The notes under the pieces were generated by a model that was not told where the DNA came from, did no database searches, and worked only from the letters and a program-made list of their open reading frames with translations. Source: Lama glama (lineage: Eukaryota). Taken from it: a stretch of 64,000 nt of DNA. Below are positions 51,100 to 63,351 of the stretch, in pieces. The translations under genes were made by a program, and so were the position numbers. Within the stretch, counting starts at the first letter, position 1, and the number at the start of each line of letters is the position of its first letter. The DNA is taken from contig CM052817.1 of assembly GCA_028534125.1 (NCBI GenBank), positions 76,696,001 through 76,760,000 on the forward strand. The letters are read 5' to 3'.

Positions 51100-51540
51100 A
51101 TGTATTTATCAATGTATTCAGTGATAATTGATGTATCTATCAAATATATAAATTTATCATATTTATATATGTCAACTATGTGCCAAGCACTATACAATGC
51201 ATGGGTAAGTCAAAGTTAAATGGAGCAAAGCCCAATGCTTATAATCTATGGAGGAAATAAAAAGAAGAATGTCTTCCCAGAGGAGAGGTTGTCTAAAATG
51301 AGCTTTTGAGAAGTGAGTGAGCAGAGAATAGCTTGCAGGCAAAGGAAGCAGCAAAATCTGATTCCCAAGGCAGCATCACACAGCTTTTTCAGCAACACCG
51401 TAGGAGGAAGATGTGGATGAGCTTTAGGAGGGAAGGTTGAAAATGATGGGTGGAAAACTGATCAAGAGGCTAATATGCCTTGCTAAAGAGTTTGAGTGTT
51501 ATCCTATACAGAATTGCATTGAAGATTTTTAGCAAGAATT
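51100..51540 (-). mobile_element. L2 fragment
   Basis: ctatgtgccaagcac..tgctaaagagtttgagtgttatcct. Confidence 0.6.
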
Positions 51541-51811
51541 GATTTATGATATTCTGGAGTTTTCCCAGATCTAGAAGAAAGACTTATCTATGTAGATAAA
51601 TAAGCTATCACTTTAGGATATTTCTTTTTATAAGCAAATCAATTACTCTCCTTATAAAAAGAAATTTGTAGTTAATTCTATTTCTAAGAAATACTTCCTC
51701 CTGCAAGTATTTCTTAATTTTTAATTCTCTAATATGAACTGACATGCAAATGTGACTTTCTTTAAGACTAGGATAGGTAGCACTCCCAAGTCACTCCCAC
51801 TTCAACTGCCT
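51540..51811 (-). pseudogene. Exon relic, AAA2 P-loop of motor A
   Basis: LFIRRVIDL ~ WFIEKVIQL; SRSGKT Walker A (SGKT at 51558-51569). Confidence 0.7.
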
Positions 51812-52024
51812 CTTTGCAGACATAATTATCAGAAATATAAATTGTACCAAAAGAAAACGCAGAACTTTGTTCTTTTCTAGTTACCTTTCCCTTTACTTTA
51901 AAGATTCAGAAACTGAGAACAAGAGGGGAAGGCAATTTCCCCTAGTCATACAGTTTTGTCAAGAACTCAAGATTTTCTAAAACGAGAGAATTTATTTTCA
52001 AGTGAAAATACAAATGCTATTTTT

Positions 52025-52201
52025 ATTTTTAGAAGCCACTGTTAAATACAGGGAAAACATCATTTATTCTTGATAATTTCTTGTTTATGCTTGTGGATGA
52101 AACTGGAAAGTACAGTGTCTCACGTGAACTTTTTCTCAAAATGTGTGTGGAGTTCATTCTTTTTATAGTTGTCACAATAGCTCAAAGGGTTTAACTGGCC
52201 T
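52025..52201 (-). pseudogene. Exon relic, AAA1 lid of motor A
   Basis: L*AIVTTIKRM ~ LRAIKSVLR (TGA consistent with CGA decay); INDVFP ~ INDLFP. Confidence 0.7.
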
Positions 52202-52229
52202 CTGTTTAATCATTAATGTTTTAATACAC

Positions 52230-53050
52230 ATTTTAATCGAAGTAGAGTTGATGTACAACATTATAAAAGTTACAGGTGTACAACATACTGATTCACAATT
52301 TTTAAAGGTTATACTCCATTTACAGTTATTATAAAATATTGGCTACATTACCTTGTTGTACAACATATTCTTGTAGCTCATTTTATGCATAATAGTTTGT
52401 ACCTCATTGTCCCCTACCCCTAAATTTCTCCTCCCCCTTTCCCTCTCCACACTGGTAACCACAGTTTGTTCTCTATATCTGTGAGTCAGCTTCTTTTTAG
52501 TTATAGTCACTAGTTTGTTGTATTTTTTAGATTTCACACGTAAGTGATACCATACAGTATTTATCTTTCTCTGTCTGATTTAATTTACTTAGCATACCTT
52601 CCAAATCCATCCATGTTGTTGCAAATGGCAACATTTCATTCTTTTTTATGGCTGATTAATATTCTATTGTATATAAATATACCATGTCATCTTTATCCAT
52701 TCATCTGTTGATGAACACTTAGGTTGTTTCCATATCTTGGCAATTATAAATAACGCTGCTATAAACATTGGGGTGCATATATCTTTTCAAATTAATGTTC
52801 TTGATTTTTTCAAATAAATACCTAGGAGTGGAGTTGCTGGGTCATTTTTCACTTTTGAGAAAACTCCCTACTGTTTCCCTGGTGACTACACCAATTTACA
52901 TTCTCACCAACAACAGGGGTTCTCTTTTCTCCACATCTTCACCAACATTTGCTATTTGTGGTCTTTTTGATGATAGCCATCTGACAGTTGTGAGATGATA
53001 TCTCATTGTGGCTTTAATTTGCATTTCTCTGATATTAACAATCTTTTCAC
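52230..53050 (-). mobile_element. L1 3' end
   Basis: Antisense 3' UTR and ORF2 end. Confidence 0.9.
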
Positions 53051-53059
53051 GTTAGGCTG

Positions 53060-53510
53060 AGTACTTTAATTTGCTTAACATTTTGACACTTCATTTTGAT
53101 CTTTTTTCATGTGTTCTTCTCACAAAAACTCAGGCAAGTAGGGAGGGAAGATAATATTATCTAATATTTTCATGTAAGGATAAATGAAACTGAGAAGGAT
53201 TAGTCTTATGCAACACAGCCAACTCTAAACCCTGGTCTTTTAAATGTAGTTCTGGACACTTTGAAGCACATGTTCTGTCCCCTCTCCCACTCCTTCCCAT
53301 ACAAAACATAGTGAAAATTCCCATGAGTAAAACCTGATAAACTATGCAAACTCAACAGATCAGACCTACATATCTTATTATTTTTTTTATTTATAAAAAT
53401 GAGGATAATAATATCCATCTCATGAAGATTTGTCTGATGAAGGGTAAATGAGATTACAAACATGCTACACCCAGTCAATGACTATCACACAGTAGACACT
53501 CAAGAAACAT
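53060..53510. mobile_element. Two MIR fragments (opposite orientations)
   Basis: MIR core motifs. Confidence 0.55.
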
Positions 53511-53589
53511 TAGCCCCATTTTGCAGTTACTATATCCTTGTATTAATCTACCCCCATGCTTCTCAATTGGGCTCTCCCTATGGGTAGGA

Positions 53590-53790
53590 GGTGGTATACC
53601 AGATGAGGTACAATAACTCTCTTGGGACAATGACTCTTCAAGGACATTCAATTTTACTCACATTTTGGAGAGATACTAAATACTGTAAATGATCACTAAC
53701 TTTACCTTAAAAAAATAAACTCAGACAAATGAAAAAATAAGAAATAAAGCTCATATAAATTTGTAGGATTTCAAAGAAATTCTCTTCTCT
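53590..53790 (-). pseudogene. Exon relic, AAA1 small domain of motor A
   Basis: KVKLV..YLSKM*VKLNVLEESLSQESY ~ RVKLA..LAKKF.TLYKLCEEQLSKQ.HY. Confidence 0.55.
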
Positions 53791-53829
53791 TAGGTTACCT
53801 TGGGCTGTCCCTGTATTGCTCTATCATGC

Positions 53830-54475
53830 TTGTTTGGCATTTTGGTGGAAAGGTGTAAGAAGCAAACAAGAGGAAATTTTAAAAAATATACTATATATAA
53901 TAACAACTTTGGAAAACTTTTTAGCACTAAATCTGAACATTTACCTGTCCTAAGACATAGCAATTTTATTACTAGGTTTATGCCTAGCAGAAATGTGCAC
54001 CAAAAAAATGCAATCAAATGTTTATAGCAGTACTCTTTGCTGCATGTCCAATGTTGAAACTACTCAAAATGCCCACAAGAATAGAACTGATAAATTGTGT
54101 TTTTGCACAAAGAATACACAGAAATGAGAATCGATGATCTAAAACCCTATGTAGCCCAGGAATGAATCTCGCAAACCTAATGTTAATGACAATGGCTAGA
54201 ACAAGAGTACACACAATATAACTTTACTTATATAAAGATCAAAAACAAACAAAACTAACCTATACCAGTAGAATTCAGGGCAAGGTTTTCCTCAGGGAGG
54301 TGAAGTAATCTGAAGAGAGGGCACAGGGTGCTGTTGGGTATTGATAACATTCTGTTTCTTCATCTGTAAGGGGCTGGTGACACAGGTTGTTTGGTTTGGA
54401 AAAATTCCTTAAATTACAATTAGAATAATTGTATTTTTCCATATGTATATTATAGTTTAACAAAGGTATTTTTTT
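53830..54475 (+). mobile_element. L1M 3' fragment
   Basis: atgaatctcgcaaacctaatgttaa..gggtattgataacattctgtttctt. Confidence 0.7.
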
Positions 54476-54479
54476 TAAT

Positions 54480-54647
54480 TATAGGGAAATACAAAGGAAC
54501 TACCATAAAATTTCACAGATTATTTTCTCATTATGTTTAGGGATTGCTGTTCAAGATATTCCTGACTTCCATGGAGATGGATAAACAAACTTATTATAAT
54601 GAGAACTTCCAATACTAAAACTATGAATTTTTACTGCATATCAAATT
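54480..54647 (-). pseudogene. Exon relic, AAA1 Walker B region of motor A
   Basis: KFIVLVLEVLIIIS ~ EFNRIELEVLSVVS; K*SVKFYG ~ KTFIFEG; abuts an old L1. Confidence 0.55.
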
Positions 54648-55079
54648 CTAAATTTCCACAGTAAAATTATAAATGTGTTTGAAATGATTTTGAAATATCT
54701 GTAGAAAAACTAAAACTTTTATGCTAATTAAATAATATTTTGGTGTTCATTTTTTAAAAAGGAACCACATTATGTGCTTACTGCACTGATAAATAATTTT
54801 ATAAAAACAGATACAGTTAATAAATGAATAAAGGTGTATTTTAAGAACTCTGTTTTATTTCTTTTGTTTACATGCCATCTTTCCCCACCATACTAGAAAG
54901 TACTTAAAGGCAGGAGCTGTGCCCCATTTATTTTGCTATTTCCACCATCTAGCAGGGTTTGCAGTACATAGCAGGTTCCTGATGCATGTTGCTAACTCAA
55001 AGAATAATATGGTCATAAACGAGTTAAGATGCAGGGAAGATAACTTGTTTCCCACTTTCTTTTTTTTTTTTTTTCAATC

Positions 55080-55445
55080 ACCTGGTCCATCTTCCTCAAT
55101 TGACATGCAATGAGGATACTCTAGTATCCCTCAGTATTCCTATGGAGAAGGCCTCAAGGTAAGGAACTGAGGCCTTTTGCCAACACCCAACACCAGCTGG
55201 ACAGCTGTGTGAGGAAGCCATAATGGAGATCTATCCATCATCGCCAGTTAATACTCCAGGTAATACTCCAGGTGACAACATCCTGGCCAATACCTTGACT
55301 GAAACCACAAGAAAGATCCAAGCTAGAACCACCTAGGTAAGCCACTCCTGAATTCCTGACCTACAAAAAAGGTAAGATAGTAACCATTTTTGTTCTAAAA
55401 CACTGTTTAGGGTAATTTGTTACACATCAGTTGATAATAAATACA
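55080..55445. mobile_element. MaLR LTR (MLT1-type)
   Basis: aaggaactgaggcc..gccactcctgaattcctgacc..gggtaatttgttacac. Confidence 0.7.
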
Positions 55446-55459
55446 CAAAATGTTGTTGA

Positions 55460-56520
55460 TTATGAATAAAGCTGCTATAAAAATTAGTCTTTGTATGGAC
55501 ATAGGTTTTTATTTCTCTCAGGTAAATATCTAAGCATGAGACCTCTCGGTTGTATGGTTTATGTTCATGGCTGTACAATTTTGCATTTTCACCCTGCAAC
55601 TTTTCAGCTGTTGGTATTCTTAGTTATTGTTTTGGTCTTTAGGTGTTTAATAGTATCTCATTGTATTTTAATGTACACATTCCTGATGATTAATAATGAT
55701 AAGCATCCTTTTTGTGTGTTTATTTGTCTGCCATTTTTCTTCTTTGGCTCAGTGTCTGTACAAGGTTTTTGGTGATTTTTTTTTAAGTGGATTAATTGCT
55801 TTCTAATTGTTGAGCTTTGAGAGTTCTTATTATATGCCAAATCCAAATCTTTTGGAAATATGTTTACAGATATTTTTTCCCAGTGTCTAGACAATCATTT
55901 CATTTTTTTAATGTTTTTGAAAATAGTTTTTAATTCTGATGCAGCAAATTTTATCATTTTTTTCTTTTATGATTCATTCTTTTGGTGTCCTAAGAAAACT
56001 CTAAGCCAAAGAATTTATTCTATGTTTTCTTCTAGAAATTTTAGAGTTGTAGGTTTTACATTTAGCTCCATGATCATTTTCATATAAATTCTAAAATCAT
56101 TGACAATTCCAATAAAAAAAAGTCTACTTGGATTTTGATTGGATTTGCTGTAACTCAACAGATAAATTTGCAACAAGAAATCTTAACAATATTGTTTTTC
56201 TCTGGTCCATGAATATGGTATATCTCTTCAATTACTTAATTCTTCTGAAGTTTACCTTAGAAATGTTTTACAGTTTCAGATATACAAGTCTGGCATATCT
56301 GCTGTTAACATATTTCACATTTTTGATGCTATTTTAATTTTTTCTTTCAATTTCCACTTATTTTAGTATTTAAAATAGATTATTTTATATATTAATATTA
56401 TATACTGAGATGTGTTGAACTCTTATCACTTCAAGTAGATTTTTCCCTTGCCTTTTTACAATGCCCAGACCCATTAGTACAACAGAAGTTGTGAGGGTAG
56501 TTAAGTTAGGAAACAGTTAA
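55460..56520 (-). mobile_element. Old L1 fragment
   Basis: Antisense ORF2. Confidence 0.7.
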
Positions 56521-56569
56521 ATACATTGTTGCCTTAGAGTTTTTTGTTTTTTAATATCTATTATCAGGT

Positions 56570-57900
56570 TGAAGTCCTACATACATAAAATTGACAACAT
56601 AAATGGACTAGACCAAATCAAAATTCATAAACTGCCAAATCTCACCAAGAATGAAGTACATAACCTGAACAGTAATGCAACTACTAAAGAAACTAAGATT
56701 AGAATTAAAAACCTTTCAAAAAATGAATCTCCAGCTACGATAGCTTCAATAGAGAATTTCATCAAACATTAAAGAGTAACTGTGACCAATTATAAACCAC
56801 TTCTTCCTGAAAATAAAACACAAAGGAACACTTTTCAACTCATTTTATGAAATGAATATTTCCCTGGTACCAAAAACAGACAAAAGACAATACAAAAAGA
56901 AGGGGGGAAGTAAAAAACTATATAACAGCCTCTCATAAACAGAGATACAAAACTCCTCAAAAATATTATCAAATCAAAAAAAAAAATCTAACAATGAAGT
57001 GAATTTTCTCCTGAGAATATAAGGCTAGTGATGTATCTAAAAATTAAATTATATAACCCATAATATTAATGACATAAATCGCATGAACATGTAAAATGAT
57101 GCAGCAAAAGCAGTTTACAAAATCCACACCCATTCATGATAACTCTCAATGAAGTATAAATAAAAGGTAAATTTTGAACCCAATAAAAGGCATTTCCCAA
57201 AAACTACATGCAACATTTGCCCCCCAAAAAATGGATTCATAACTCATATCACAACCAAAAGAGAGTCCAAATATATCAATGATTAAATGCAAAAGAAAAT
57301 ATATATTTACAAGTATTAGAACAAAACAAAGGAAAATACTTTATGATGCCAAATCCAGAAACGATAAGAGAGGGGATTAATAACTATGATGACATTTTTT
57401 AAAAAGTCATTGCAAGAAACATTATAAGTAAATTCAAAATACAAATGACAATCTAGGAGACTATATTTCCATAAACATATGGAATATGCAATGCTTTACT
57501 TATAAAAGAAATGTGAATGAAAATGATATTGTGATATCATTCCTTGCCTGTGAGTGGTGAAATTTAAATAACTGACAACTCACTATGTTGGCAAGGCAAA
57601 CAGAGAACACACTGGAGGGGAATTTGGTAAAACCCAAAATGACATTTGCATTCAAACCAGCAATCGAATTTCTAGAATCCTTCTAGGAATTTATCTAGAA
57701 GACATATGCATCTCTTAAAATACAGTACTCCAAGTGCATCGATTTCATTACTGACAGTAGAAAATTAGAAACAAGCAAAAGACAATCAATTATGCTACTT
57801 ATATGAAAGAGTACTATGCAGCCAGAAAGAGGACACATAATCTCTCTATAAACTGATAGGTACTGATTACCCAGATAAGATTATTAAGTGAACTAAAGCA
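56570..57900 (+). mobile_element. Old L1 ORF2 fragments
   Basis: HKLPNLTKNEVHNLNS; caactcattttatga motif. Confidence 0.75.
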
Positions 57901-57954
57901 ATGATCTTTAAAGTACTTTAACAAAGAAATAAGTAAACAACTGAATAAGAAAAA

Positions 57955-58560
57955 GTTGTAAACTCTTAAATTATTTTAGCATCTCTACTTCCATACTACT
58001 TTTTCTTCATTAAATAGTTTTGACATTTATCATGCTAAAAAATTAAAACCTAGGAATTTAAAAATCATATACAATAGTTTTATTTACTTTCAAAGCTTCC
58101 TTCTATTTACATAAGATTAGATCTATAGTTTCAAGCAAAGAAATCATAACTGTTGAGCTACCCACTTTTCCTTCCCTAAGGTTTCAAACAGAAAAGAAAT
58201 AACTGAAATACTCATATTCTGATATCTAATAAGGATTTAATCGTTCTCAATCTAGGATGGAAGAGAATTATTCAATTGAAAAAGCAGGTTGTACCATCCT
58301 TTCACTCATGAGAATCTCTAGAGATCACTAGGTATCACTCCAGCAAGAGTGTAGGACTGAGCGCAGCCACCCTAAGGAATGGCAGCATTTCCTGACCCTG
58401 AAAATGTACTTTCTATCGGGTTGCTGATGCCCAAGCATCAAAAGACATTCTGCTCTGCAGTTCTCTTTAGGAAAAAATATTCAATAACCTCACTTCTTTG
58501 GTAAAAGGCATCTGATTTTAAAAGCTTGAATAGATAATGGGACTTACCAAATTTTGTTCT
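57955..58560 (-). pseudogene. Exon relic, linker end and AAA1 P-loop of motor A
   Basis: DAFYQRSEVIE ~ DVHQRDVVE; END*ILIRYQNMSI..SFLFETLG ~ EDDDVIVRQ.NAEFEYGFEYLG; IEGSFESK*TIVYDF ~ PEGPAGTGKTETVKDL. Confidence 0.7.
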
Positions 58561-58679
58561 CTTTGTGGAAAAGAAAATGTAAATGCTCAACACCAAACAT
58601 TGGGGAAGAGACTGTGTGAAGAAAAAAAACCAACAGATCCCTCCCACCACCACCACTCCCAAGTCAAGTAAAACCTATG

Positions 58680-58978
58680 ACTTTGGTGCATTTTTATAAA
58701 CACAAGAGTGTAATACTGAGAATACAGGCATGTAGAAAAATGAAAAAATATCTTGCAACTGACTACTTAAAAAGGAAAAGTCTTCTGAATTTTTGAAATT
58801 TATACAGTTGATTTTTCTTTTAGTTCCATGCCCCTAGAAAGGGACATTCAAAAGTTTCTCTCGCATCGAAATCATGCTCACAGCTGCTCTCAACCAGTTC
58901 CTAACAGATTTCCTCCATTTCCCCTCAGTCCTTAAATATGCTCTTTAACATTTAAACATTCCCTTGTCTTGTTTCATC
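58680..58978 (-). pseudogene. Exon relic, linker
   Basis: ttttgtag acceptor; TEGK..SVRNWLRA ~ AEGNVENWLNE. Confidence 0.55.
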
Positions 58979-59369
58979 CTACAAAAGCTAATTTTACTGG
59001 GTTAAAGGGATTATGGAGGGAAGTATTCCACGAGTCCTTTTTAGTTTACTAGAAACAACCACGACCATAGGTATGATGACTTTGCATTTTTGAAGTGATA
59101 CAAGTGTCACAAACTGAAGTCCTTCCAACCTGAGCCTGTCCTCCCCACCTTGCCTTCCTCCTGGTCTCACTATGTGCTCTCTTCACACCCTGGACTTCTA
59201 TTTAGCTGGCCATCTGTAGTGCTAGATTGAGAACCTCTTTAAGGACAGGCAATCTGTCTTATTTTTTCATGACCTACACCATCCACAAGGTATTTAATAC
59301 ATATTTTAAATACATAAATGAAGGACTTGGAACCTTAAGTAAATGGCTGATACGAACATTTCTCTTACA

Positions 59370-59650
59370 TCTGCAGGGCTTGGTGTTTCTCTTTGCAGTG
59401 GCTCCTTCCCTGGGTTAGCTGCAGAGCACACCACGGCTGGGACCCATCCCTGACTCCTGCCCTTCTCCCCTTTTGCCGTTCAGGGAAAACCTGTGTTAGG
59501 GGGACTCACGGGAAAAAATGGAAACAGAAGCAGGACACCTTTGCTCTTGAAACCTCCCCTTTATCTCTGCCCCCAGTGCAACTGGTGGTTGTGTCATTGG
59601 CAGTTTCCATTTGTTGTATTCCTTATCTCCTATTCTTTCCCACCTAACTC
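59370..59650. mobile_element. ERVL LTR fragment (LTR16-like)
   Basis: GC-richer block resembling an LTR16-type element. Confidence 0.4.
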
Positions 59651-59814
59651 AAAAAGGATGGATTGATTGATTGATTTTACTTTGAAATGGAGTTGAATGT
59701 TGCTGCCTGTCAGGAAAACTGTCTGTGAAGCAAACAAAATTTGAAGCAGCATTTGAACAGTAATAGGCATTGTGAAGAGCTACAAATGCTATTAAAAAAG
59801 CAATTCAGGGGCTA

Positions 59815-60010
59815 ACTGTAATAGTAATAATTAATATTTATTGAGCACTGAATATGGGCCAGATATTTTGCTAGGCAGTTTACACTTACTTCTCCAAGCA
59901 ACTTTTTTTGAGATAAGCATTATTACCTTTTACAGATGAGGAAGCAATCACATGGCTAGCACTCAAAATAGGTTTATCTGACATGAAAGTATACTCACTT
60001 AAAGATATGC
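59815..60010 (-). mobile_element. MIR SINE
   Basis: aatatttattgagcac..ttttacagatgaggaa. Confidence 0.75.
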
Positions 60011-60046
60011 AACTGAAAGCCCAAAAAGCAATTATAGAAAGAGACA

Positions 60047-60171
60047 AAAAAAAATGTGACAATGAATGTGTATATGTCCATGAATGACTGAAAAAATGTG
60101 CTGAACACTGGAATTTGACACAACATTGTAAAATGATTATAAATCAATAAAAAATGTTAAAAAAAAAAAAA
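60047..60171 (+). mobile_element. Young 5'-truncated L1
   Basis: Poly(A) tail, 11-bp TSD agaaagagaca. Confidence 0.85.
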
Positions 60172-60463
60172 AGAAAGAGACATTGGTTTGCACAAATACA
60201 GTATAGCTGAAGCATCATTTTGATTCTAAGACATTTCCAAAAAAAGAAAAAGAAAAAATGAAGGGTATAGATCATGGATTATGGATTTGGGGTTAAATAT
60301 CCCTCCACCACTCAGAGTTGTTCTAAGGTGTGTGGGGTCTGGGCTATAGGTTTTGGAACCCAATACAGTGATCGTGTCCCTTGAAAAACACAACCCATCC
60401 AAGCAACTGAAAGAAATCTAGTGCCGTTCTGTGTAGTATGCCGTTACTTCCCATATTAATTAC

Positions 60464-60702
60464 CAATAATTCCAGCCATTTATTTCCATTTTTTCCCTTT
60501 GTTATTAGTCATAACATTTTATCAATTATTCAAGTTTACAGTAAATCCAGAAATTCTTTCACATCTTTAATTCTGCATACTTGAACCCCTACGATACTTA
60601 ACTAGAAATGTTCCAGTATCTTCCAGTAATTTGATTAGACCCAGTGCTATAATATTAAAATCTCAACATACAACGCTCTGTTCTTTAAGCAAGCCTTAAG
60701 CC
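60464..60702 (-). pseudogene. Exon relic, linker (FPRFYFLS region)
   Basis: ttttctttttag acceptor, gtaatt donor; GLKACLKNR/RF*YYS/LIKLLEDTGTFL ~ [35 protein letters not shown]. Confidence 0.65.
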
Positions 60703-60774
60703 CTAAAAAGAAAACACAATAAAAACTGAAACACCTATACCATCTGTCTTTTTATATTTTCAACTGATTTAGAT

Positions 60775-61040
60775 TAATATGAATGTCAGGCTTTTGATGT
60801 CTATAATGCTTTTTCTGCTATGGTTCTCCAAAACGTCCTAGATCAATTTTAAGAACGCTAAGCCTCTCATCCTCCTCCTAAACTCTTCATTACCTTGTGA
60901 GGCGATATTTTTTCTTTAAATTTCTCCTCTCCCTCACCCCTTTGTCATCTGCCCTGACCATCCTTTAAGTTTTTTTAAAACATCTTTTAAAACAGCATTG
61001 AATGTCACATTTCTCTTCTTACATCTTCCAATATGTTGTC
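60775..61040 (-). pseudogene. Exon relic, linker (DHC_N2)
   Basis: Polypyrimidine tract plus ttag acceptor; DNILED.. and KID/RTFWRTIAEKAL ~ QDILDEW.. and KIDRTWRKIMEKA. Confidence 0.55.
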
Positions 61041-61096
61041 CTAAGTATGATAAGAAAATGAAAAACAAACCCTTTTTGAATATTATTATGATTTAC

Positions 61097-61380
61097 GTTT
61101 CTTAATTAAGTGATATATCCCAGCACAGTGGAAATGGGGCATTTGGGGAGGGCAGGAGGAAACATTTTGATCTGAAAGTACCAAATGGAAATAAACATAA
61201 TGATGGCAGTAAAACTACATTGCTGACTTGGGAGGGATTAGAAAAGCCATAAAGTTCACCGAACAGTGTGTGGCCCATAATGTCACCAATTAATATTTCA
61301 TATTCTTCATACACATAGCTATGACACATCTTTCAGTGGAGTTATTATAAATATTCAACAAGAGATATTTTTCTTCATTC
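61097..61380 (-). pseudogene. Exon relic, linker (DHC_N2)
   Basis: ttattag acceptor, gtaaat donor; contains the 75-aa ORF; TFRSKCFLLP..CWDISLN ~ TMRGSPFIKP..EWEKKL. Confidence 0.55.
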
Positions 61381-61920
61381 CTAATAACCATCAAAATATT
61401 TTATTATAGGCCCCAAATTGATCCAAGAGAAATATAAGTATTTATTAATCTATTTTACAATCAGAAAAGAGAATTAAAGGACATCAGATTGAAGTAAGCA
61501 TGAAACATACCTACATTCATCCTAACTATGGTTGTAGGAATTAATTACTACTGACCACTAAGTTTATCTGAGGATATAAAATTAGAGTAAGATAAAAAAG
61601 AGCTGAGTAGATTATGAATAATGAACATATAAAGAGGTATGAAGTTAAAGTTATCATTTTATTCCTGTAATAAACAGGGTGATAAGTTTAGCACATTTTC
61701 AGAGCGTATGTACATTTCTCATTAGTTTCACTTAAAGGCAGAAAATTCACTACTAGGTGACCAGAACTGTAATGTACATGAAAGTTAAACTTTAAATTTC
61801 TTTAGCTACATAAACTATAAAATGTCCTTGAATGCATCAACTCCTTTAAAATAGAACTGCCACTTAAAATTTTTTTCTTAAACTTACAAATGTGTATATT
61901 TTCACCTTTTTAATGATAAC

Positions 61921-62179
61921 CCTTTATTCTAGACATAATTCCAGGTATTCTTAATCTCTGCATTTTGATGTATCATATTAATAACATCTTGATATATGTT
62001 TTGGTTTAACTAGGTATTGTTAAAGGTGACCTTTTGATTGGATTGTTTAGCTGGCTTTGGTGCTAATAAGATAGAGAATGAGGTGTCTAATGAACCCTGT
62101 GTATGGAAATAATGATAGATGGCTTATTTGGAATTCTACAGACGTGGCACTGCCAAGCCCGCTGAGGAGTCTTTGGGAC
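61921..62179 (-). pseudogene. Exon relic, linker (DHC_N2)
   Basis: VTFNNT*LNQNIYQDVINMIHQNAEIK ~ FTLGD..LNLEKYEDEINEIVQNAEKE. Confidence 0.5.
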
Positions 62180-62245
62180 CTAACTAATTTTAGAGAGAGG
62201 TTTTATTGATTACACAGAGACAGGGCACATTTTAATCATTTTTAC

Positions 62246-62634
62246 AGCACTGTATTGCCTGAGGTACCAAAATCCATTAAACAAGGATTATAAACTTTGT
62301 TTTAAACTGACTCCTAAATTGTTTCTTGATGTATAGTCAACAACAGCTCTGCAAGATCAATCACAGTTACTAAGGCATATTAAAATCAACTTGCTTAATT
62401 TTAATTGCTCATATGCCTGACCCTCAGAGGTACAGCTGTTCATGAAGCTAAATTACTTTTCTCCCAGATAGGAGCTTCATTTTAGTTTACAATTGCAATC
62501 ATTTCTTTCCTCAGGCCACCAACAGTCTACTTTTTACACTTCCTCTTTAATTTACTCTTTCTTGCCTTAAAAATGTGCTGGAAATGATGCCTAGGTATGA
62601 CATATTTGGTCATTCTCTACACCTCTTAATCTTT
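62246..62634 (-). pseudogene. Exon relic, linker (DHC_N2) N-terminal part
   Basis: ttccctag acceptor; GQAYEQLK/..DF/..VIDL ~ DAYEELKKKIDDF..LIEDL. Confidence 0.5.
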
Positions 62635-62979
62635 CTAGGGAATAGATGTTTCAATACAATTACCTGAGTTGAGTTGTGTTACTATACACAGGCACGTATA
62701 TGAATATTTCATGTGGATATATTCTTACAGAATCTTAATAGTTTAACTAGGGTACCTTACACTTGGGAGCAAAAATATATAGTTTGCTTAATGGCACATA
62801 AATGGTCCAGTGTTAAATAGCTACTTTTACGTGTTTGATATATTACATAGATCTAGACATACATCTTAAATATTTATTAAAAGGTAAAAGACTATACATC
62901 AATACCCATATTCTGTGGTATATGAGAGAAAGAGGGAGAGAAAATAAACATGTGAGCATGACCTACCTGGGAGGAGAGT

Positions 62980-63085
62980 GGCTTTCACAATCAGAAGACC
63001 TGGATTCAAGATCTAGGTGTCCGCTAAATAATTATGTGACCAAGTTAGTTAATATCTTTGGGCCTCCATTTCTACATCTGTAAAA
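62980..63085 (+). mobile_element. MIR SINE
   Basis: agacctggattcaag..gtgacc..aagttagtt..catctgtaaaat. Confidence 0.75.
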
Positions 63086-63184
63086 TAAAAATAAAATAGA
63101 AATAAAATAAACATAAGGAAATTTGAATCTCATTATAGAAACACATCTGACAATCTTTTCGAAATTTAAACGTCCATTACTTAC

Positions 63185-63351
63185 TGCACATATGCGGACA
63201 CATAAATAAGACCTACTCAATTTGCCAAAGGTTTAACAAATATACAAATAACTGTAATGAGGAAACGATGAGAGAAAAGACTGCAGTATGGTGGAGATCA
63301 GCTTTTAAATTATACATTTGATGTTAAAATGAGTTTCATGCGTTTTCAAAG
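63185..63351 (-). pseudogene. Exon relic, possible tail/linker start
   Basis: cctacag acceptor, gtaagt donor; LLNLWQI weakly ~ LLKQLWDL. Confidence 0.35.

Larger units (their letters stand above)
1350..63351 (-). pseudogene. Decayed multi-exon dynein heavy chain-like gene with two tandem motor domains (continues beyond both window edges)
   Basis: About 50 minus-strand exon relics with AG/GT-type boundaries. Their translations match dynein heavy chain motifs in colinear order, running twice through AAA1-AAA6. Numerous stops and frameshifts. By-eye motif matching only. Confidence 0.85.
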
